Part shown: positions 33,647 to 38,392 of the stretch, piece by piece | Layout of the letters: the number at the start of each line of letters is the position of its first letter | How positions within the stretch are numbered: the stretch's first letter is position 1 | Origin: Armatimonadota bacterium | GTDB lineage: Bacteria; Vulcanimicrobiota; JACPDT01 | Assembly (NCBI GenBank): GCA_016183865.1 | Contig: JACPDT010000279.1 | Span: 1-38,392 of the forward strand | DNA: 38,392 nucleotides | Direction: 5' to 3' | Program-made: the position numbers and the translations under genes | The notes under the pieces: model-generated | Told to the model about the DNA's origin: nothing | What the model saw: only the letters and a program-made list of their open reading frames with translations | Database searches by the model: none

Positions 33647-35488
33647 GTGAATATCCAACAGAATGACAAGCCCGTCGGCCTTTTTTCTTCCTTGAAGGAA
33701 GCTCTGAAGTCCAACGGCGCAAAGCATGGCGACATGTTCATCGCAGACAGCGACTTGCCTGTGGCCGGGCAGGATTTGACGATCCTCAAGGGGAGCCGCA
33801 TTGATGACGAGCCCCTGACTCTGGATCGGATCAAGGCAAGGAAGGGTCCCTCCGGAGCGCCTCTTGCGACCTACGACTTTTCTCAATACAGACGCTCGAA
33901 CAGGGATGTGCTGATGTATGAGACAACGGGGATCCCTGACCCTGATCACAGTGGGGCCGAGCTGCAGGCAGGAGTCGTGGACCTCACAACAGGAGAGCCC
34001 GTTGATTCCATGTCTCGGTTGGAGTACAAGGATCACCTGTATAGTCCTGATGTGCGGAAGACTTATGCCCGTTTCAAGGAAGTCCTTCACGTCCAGGGCG
34101 AGCGTGTTGAGGGTGCGACCATTGCCCGTAAAGACATTGCCGTGGAGGTGGACCTTTCCGACGGGTCAAAGGAGACTCTTATACTGAAGAAGGGAAGCCG
34201 CCTATATGATGATCCGAGACTCACGGACAGGATCCATCTGGAGACCGCGAGGCAGGGCTCAGGAACGAATTCCGAGGTGATCAGCCGGTATGAGGCGAAG
34301 GGGCGGAGTGTTCTTGCAAGTACGATCACATGGGGAGATCCTTATGAGAGCTGGGGCACAGGGACCCAGTGTTTCGATGCCGGGAGCGGCGAAGAGCTTG
34401 ATCATGCCTATGCGGACACAAGCCACCTGGGGCCGGATGGCTACCCGCCGCCTCTCACTTCCGACAATTACCCGATACTGAAAGATCCCAGAGCTACCTA
34501 TGATTTCCTGAAAAAGGCAGTGCGTGTGGAGGGGGACCCGAAGGGAGGCGCTTACGTCGTTCCCGACACCAGGGATGTGACCGTCATCTTCCCCAATGAC
34601 CGGAAAGGGAGCTTCTTTCTCCACAAGGGAAGCAGGTTTGATGAGGACCCCAAGACCCTGGATGGAATTCGCGTTTCCAACGGCGTGCGAGGCTCCATCC
34701 TGGGCGGGAATTTTCGCAACCGGGTGGATGAGTTCGAGTCTTACAGAAAAGACGGAGTGGATGTTCTGAAACGGTGCATCTCCAACGAGTATGGAGATTT
34801 CAGCTCCTCCTCAGGCAAAACTTACACCTATCTGATAGATGCCGTGACAGGCGCCAACCTCCCCCTTGATTACGACAATCGCTCAGGGCTCGGGAGCTTC
34901 CTCAGAGGGGCCGCCGTTCCTGCCTTCACCGTGGCTGGAACCGCTCTCGGGGCGCTCTGGGGAGGCTTCACAGGCGCATCCGCGGGTCTCATGCTGGGCG
35001 AAACAGCAGGCGCTATCGTGCGGGAGCCCCTCCGAAAGCTCGGAGACCTCATTGCCGACAAGGCGACATCTGCGCCGACCCCTCCAGGTACGGGCCCGGA
35101 AGAGCCTCGCCCTGTAAAGATTTCCACGGACAACGGCCCTGCCATTAACAGCCGCGTAGATGCCCATGTTGTGATCATGGGCTTTGCCGGCGCCGCTCTC
35201 GGAACCGGACTCTTCCATACGCCTGGCGGGTTTTTTGCCGGACTTGTTGCGGGATCTGCGGGATCCGTAATGGATAACGCGAATAGTCCCGCTGAAGCCG
35301 CACTCAAGGGGGCCGCCTATGGAGCCCTTCTCTCCGGTGTGGGCTGGACCTTCTGGGGCGGACTGTTAGGAGGCGGCGCAGGCGGAACCCTCGCGGGACT
35401 CGGCCTCTACGCGCTAAGGCATGCCCTTCTGGGCGCCGCAACCGGAGGTTTCACGGCCCTCACCACTCATCTTCTGACTCATGAGTAG
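33647..35488 (+). CDS. Orphan protein: three tandem ~120-145-aa repeats plus a C-terminal ~200-aa glycine-zipper membrane region
   Basis: GTG start with AAGGGGGA SD. Repeats carry ..TY..F(K/L)K.(L/V).V.G......D(I/V).V......L.(L/H)KKGSR(I/L/F).D(D/E)P..(L/T)D(R/G)I. The C-terminus has (GxxxG)n runs such as AGTALGALWGGFTGASAGLMLGETAG and WGGLLGGGAGGTLAGLG. No signal peptide. Confidence 0.8.
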   Translation: MNIQQNDKPVGLFSSLKEALKSNGAKHGDMFIADSDLPVAGQDLTILKGSRIDDEPLTLDRIKARKGPSGAPLATYDFSQYRRSNRDVLMYETTGIPDPDHSGAELQAGVVDLTTGEPVDSMSRLEYKDHLYSPDVRKTYARFKEVLHVQGERVEGATIARKDIAVEVDLSDGSKETLILKKGSRLYDDPRLTDRIHLETARQGSGTNSEVISRYEAKGRSVLASTITWGDPYESWGTGTQCFDAGSGEELDHAYADTSHLGPDGYPPPLTSDNYPILKDPRATYDFLKKAVRVEGDPKGGAYVVPDTRDVTVIFPNDRKGSFFLHKGSRFDEDPKTLDGIRVSNGVRGSILGGNFRNRVDEFESYRKDGVDVLKRCISNEYGDFSSSSGKTYTYLIDAVTGANLPLDYDNRSGLGSFLRGAAVPAFTVAGTALGALWGGFTGASAGLMLGETAGAIVREPLRKLGDLIADKATSAPTPPGTGPEEPRPVKISTDNGPAINSRVDAHVVIMGFAGAALGTGLFHTPGGFFAGLVAGSAGSVMDNANSPAEAALKGAAYGALLSGVGWTFWGGLLGGGAGGTLAGLGLYALRHALLGAATGGFTALTTHLLTHE

Positions 35489-35535
35489 CGGGGGCTGCAA
35501 GGAAATTGTCCTTGATTCTCGGGAGGAGTCTTATC

Positions 35536-37167
35536 ATGAAAGGTTTTCTGAGAGTTTTTTCCCTGGTTCTCTTTTTCGTCTCATTTTCAAGCTACTCGCC
35601 CTGTTCCGCGCAGGAGATCGAAAGAATACAGAAGTTCCTCGAACAATACCAAATAACAATCCAGGAAAAAGACCTCATAATAATTCAGGAGACTTATGAT
35701 TTCTGGAACCGCTTCGGAGAAGAGATTTGGCCCGGTGTAGATATTTCCCAGACTCCTCTTGTCATAGTTTTTCCTCAGAAACAAAACATATTGATAGGCC
35801 ATCCCAAATCCCCAAAGAATTCCATTCACCTTGCGGAAAAACTCCCTGTTATCGGCAAACCCGCGCTCTTGTACCCTGATCGGACTTTTATGAATGGGGC
35901 CATGTGCAGTCCGAATTTCGAGGGAACTCCTACCGTCTTTTTCAATACCCTCGATACTTACAATGACTTTGTTCATAACATGGGAAAGGAAAAAAACAAT
36001 CCGGAGCTTCTCAAATATCGCCGTCCCTTGATGGACTATTGCGGTGCCATTCTCCACGAGCTTTTCCATTCCTTTCAATACAGGGAGCAGAAATTCTTGA
36101 GATCCCCGTCCGATCAGACGCCAACGAAGTTAACAAAGATTGATTATCCTTATCTTGATGCAGAAGTTGATCTTCTGCTGGCTATTGAGGGACTGATATT
36201 GGCGGATGTCCTGAAAACGGATGACAAGGACGAAGCTCGCGAGCTGTGGCAGGATTTTCTGCAGGTTAGAGTTGAAAGGCGGAAAAGACTGCCAAAGGAC
36301 GTAATCAGGATTGAACAATATCTCGAAATGACCGAGGGAACAGCTCAATACATTCAATATCAGCTTGCCTACCCGAGTCGAAGATATCTCGATTCCTTTA
36401 CTTCATTGAGGAGGGTGCCTGATTTTGAGACTGCCGCAGTCGGAAACCCGATTGAAGCGGTTCTAAAAGATCTGCAATCGCTTCAACACCCGATGAAAAG
36501 CTATGCGATGCAATATGCATATTTCACCGGCATCGCCCAGACATATCTGTTGGACCGCCTTCTCCCGCACTGGAAAGACCAGTTCTTCAGAAAACACGGG
36601 AACCTGGATCAGGTCATTTTCAATGACTTGACATTTTCGGAGGATCGGCGGCTGGCGAAGATTAAAGAGCGGTACAATGCCGATTCGATACTGGAAAGGG
36701 TCAGGAAAGAGATTGAAACCCAGAAGAGAAAATTCAGGGAGGCTTTTCAAAGGCACGATTCCGCTAAGGGGAAGAAGCTGTTGTTTCGGGCACCGGGCAT
36801 CGGTCCCGAAGACGTTCAGATAATGGCGCCCGTTCTACTGGTCGAACACGAAGATTTTAGAATCTTTGAGGCAGGGGCTACTGCGATCGGGTTCGTTCGG
36901 GAGAATCCGAAATGGTCCGCAGTTCTGAATTTCAAGAAATCTTTCCCCATTTTCTTTAATCGGAAGACCGGAGAAGTTTATTTTATTTTCGACGGGGAAC
37001 TGGATGTTGCAAGCTCCATCAAATGCGATGGGAAAAATGAAGCCGGCGCCGGAAGAACAATTTTCTCCGGGAATGTGGATTTTGACAGCGATCTTTTGTC
37101 CTTCAAATGCCAGGAGCTCGATGTTGAGAAAACCTTGGGCGGCACGATTTTCAGTATTATTCGCTGA
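35536..37167 (+). CDS. Secreted HExxH zinc metallopeptidase (MA-clan-like), lower G+C than its neighbours
   Basis: The ATG at 35536 has GGAGG 9 nt upstream. Signal peptide MKGFLRVFSLVLFFVSFSSYSPCSAQE. ILHELFHSFQY (HExxH), then MTEGTAQYIQY as the likely third-ligand Glu motif. Confidence 0.8.
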   Translation: MKGFLRVFSLVLFFVSFSSYSPCSAQEIERIQKFLEQYQITIQEKDLIIIQETYDFWNRFGEEIWPGVDISQTPLVIVFPQKQNILIGHPKSPKNSIHLAEKLPVIGKPALLYPDRTFMNGAMCSPNFEGTPTVFFNTLDTYNDFVHNMGKEKNNPELLKYRRPLMDYCGAILHELFHSFQYREQKFLRSPSDQTPTKLTKIDYPYLDAEVDLLLAIEGLILADVLKTDDKDEARELWQDFLQVRVERRKRLPKDVIRIEQYLEMTEGTAQYIQYQLAYPSRRYLDSFTSLRRVPDFETAAVGNPIEAVLKDLQSLQHPMKSYAMQYAYFTGIAQTYLLDRLLPHWKDQFFRKHGNLDQVIFNDLTFSEDRRLAKIKERYNADSILERVRKEIETQKRKFREAFQRHDSAKGKKLLFRAPGIGPEDVQIMAPVLLVEHEDFRIFEAGATAIGFVRENPKWSAVLNFKKSFPIFFNRKTGEVYFIFDGELDVASSIKCDGKNEAGAGRTIFSGNVDFDSDLLSFKCQELDVEKTLGGTIFSIIR

Positions 37168-37277
37168 AAGAATGAGGAGCAAATCAAGAGCAAAGGGGCC
37201 AACCGCAAGATCGCAGTCACGCTGCACGAGGGAATGCCCCCGATTGCCCGTTACGCTTGGAGGTAATCTGAAACACT

Positions 37278-37538
37278 TCAGCCTTGGGCGGAACCCCAGT
37301 CCACTTTCTCCGGAGGCACACGGGCTCGACCATGACCTTGATGACCTTCCTGACCTCCACGTGACCGTTTCGAGTTTCGTTTTCTCTTCTTTGAGGATCT
37401 CCATGGAGGGTCCGAAGAAGGAGGTTTTGAAGAATTGGATGAGTTCTGATTCAGTCGAGAAAGAAGCTCCCGATTCTCTCGCTCCAGTGCATCCAAACGC
37501 TTCAAGAGCGCCAGGATGAGTTCTCTTGCTGAAAGATT
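37278..37538 (-). pseudogene. IS66-family transposase (TnpC) N-terminal fragment, a remnant
   Basis: ELILALLKRLDALERENRELLSRLNQNSSNSSKPPSSDPP....RGGQEGHQGHGR carries the IS66 leucine-zipper hallmark NSSNSSKPPSSD and GGQ.GH.G. The open frame is only ~86 codons between stops, with no zinc-finger or DDE region downstream in any frame. Confidence 0.7.
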
Positions 37539-37642
37539 TTACAAATTCGAGGTTCAGGAGGGCAGAAATTGACCCTTTCATGATAATCCTGAGTGAAAAG
37601 AAAAGGAAACCACTTTCAGACCCTGGGAGAGGGGGATGTATT

Positions 37643-38392
37643 GTGGCTGTGCAGGAGCTCAAACCCGTCGGATCGCCCCAGCCGGCGGTTATTCCTGAGC
37701 CTGCCCAAAAGTCCGGCACCGTCAAAGAAGTAGAGGAGAAGCCAAAAGACCCGGTAGATCACGCAGATCCGATCAAACCAGGCGCCCCTGAATTCCCAAA
37801 CATAGATTTCAACCAGATAAGAGTCCACCTGGCAACCCAGTATGGAGATGCAGATAACAGCGAAGCTCTTCAAGCCAAAGAAGACTATCAAAAGAGCTAC
37901 GACAAGGCGGCAGAGGACCTGAACCGCGCCCGCTCAACATATAGTGAGCTGGGACCCGGCACCCATGACCTGGGAGACGGGCATGTGGTCGTCATCACAA
38001 AACAGGATGGCAAGATCTCAGTTGTCACAAAAGAAAAAGGGGGCAACGACGGCTCCCAGGAGACAACCACAACCGTCACCTATAATGAAACCGATTCCCA
38101 GAATGGCGAGATAGTCACTGAGACCGTTGATACCGCCGGCGGTAACAAGCAGAAAACCACTGTCTCTAAACACGGAACATCGCTCGCGATCACTGATTCG
38201 TCGGGCCGGCAGACGACTTACAATATAAGCGAAAAGGGCGGAGTTGTCCAGGAGATACGAGCACCTGGATCTTCCGGAACAGTCCGCACAGAGACAAATT
38301 CCGATGGAAGCACCACAGTCACTTCAACCGTTTTCGGACCTGACGGAAAGCCGATAGTGGAGACGGCGACTCACCAGCCCGACCAGGAAAGA
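37643..38392 (+). CDS. Partial ORF (3' end outside window): Thr/Gly-rich beta-repeat protein, function unknown
   Basis: My own translation is open from at least ATG 37580 to the window end. GTG 37643 follows GGGGGA. The sequence includes ..ETTTTVTYNETDSQNGEIVTETVDTAGGNKQKTTVSKHGTSLAITDSSGRQTTYNISEKGGVVQEIR..GSTTVTSTVFGPDGKPIVE, which is loosely reminiscent of YD/RHS-type repeats. It is not in the ORF track because no stop is reached. Confidence 0.5.
   Translation, partial: MAVQELKPVGSPQPAVIPEPAQKSGTVKEVEEKPKDPVDHADPIKPGAPEFPNIDFNQIRVHLATQYGDADNSEALQAKEDYQKSYDKAAEDLNRARSTYSELGPGTHDLGDGHVVVITKQDGKISVVTKEKGGNDGSQETTTTVTYNETDSQNGEIVTETVDTAGGNKQKTTVSKHGTSLAITDSSGRQTTYNISEKGGVVQEIRAPGSSGTVRTETNSDGSTTVTSTVFGPDGKPIVETATHQPDQER

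Noticed and set aside
33133-33834. N-terminal 234 codons of the tracked 558-aa ORF (32158-33834)
   Set aside because: This part is Arg/Ser/Pro-rich without coding character. It would overlap the divergent gene's start at 33647. An ATG at 33132 precedes the GXWXG-like sequence.
36835-37725. 296-aa minus-strand ORF spanning the peptidase 3' end and the IS66 region
   Set aside because: It is a composite of antisense peptidase sequence and an out-of-frame read through the IS66 remnant. The recognisable IS66 motif is in a different frame (37278-37538).

Overview
38.4-kb bacterial chromosomal window with fairly high G+C. I recognised about 33 protein-coding genes and no rRNA, tRNA or CRISPR array. 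All calls come from reading the ORF translations and DNA by eye; no searches were run.

Left third (1-12.6 kb): mostly envelope and housekeeping genes.
- TldD/PmbA C-terminal fragment, DUF3465, and an HExxH peptidase.
- LysM-L,D-transpeptidase followed by a repeat-rich secreted protein.
- GT-C membrane glycosyltransferase.
- A ~1000-aa CARDB/FN3-like surface protein.
- PilZ, and an ECF sigma / anti-sigma / periplasmic-protein operon.

Centre (11.7-19.5 kb):
- An HTH-WYL regulator divergent from rqcH (NFACT).
- A four-gene Ser/Thr phospho-signalling operon: kinase, then a Zn-ribbon-pseudokinase-PP2C fusion, then vWA, then Zn-ribbon-FHA. It resembles an extended TerY-P triad.

Middle-right (19.5-28 kb): epimerase, a missed YqzL-like small ORF, GHMP kinase, a C-terminally short PocR-GAF-SpoIIE phosphatase, and CorA translationally coupled to a giant internally duplicated CPBP protease.

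Right end (28-38.4 kb): looks accessory.
- A second WYL regulator upstream of an eRF1-like (baeRF) gene.
- A divergent cluster with two proteins carrying long (GxxxG)n glycine-zipper membrane regions: a DUF362 fusion and a triple-repeat orphan.
- A tandem GXWXG/DUF4334-like protein.
- A visibly lower-G+C secreted HExxH peptidase.
- An IS66 transposase N-terminal remnant.
- A Thr-rich partial ORF running off the window.

Best candidates for an uncharacterised system:
1. The glycine-zipper cluster (30.4-37.2 kb).
2. The extended TerY-P-like operon.
3. The pairing of WYL regulators with RqcH and with the baeRF protein.
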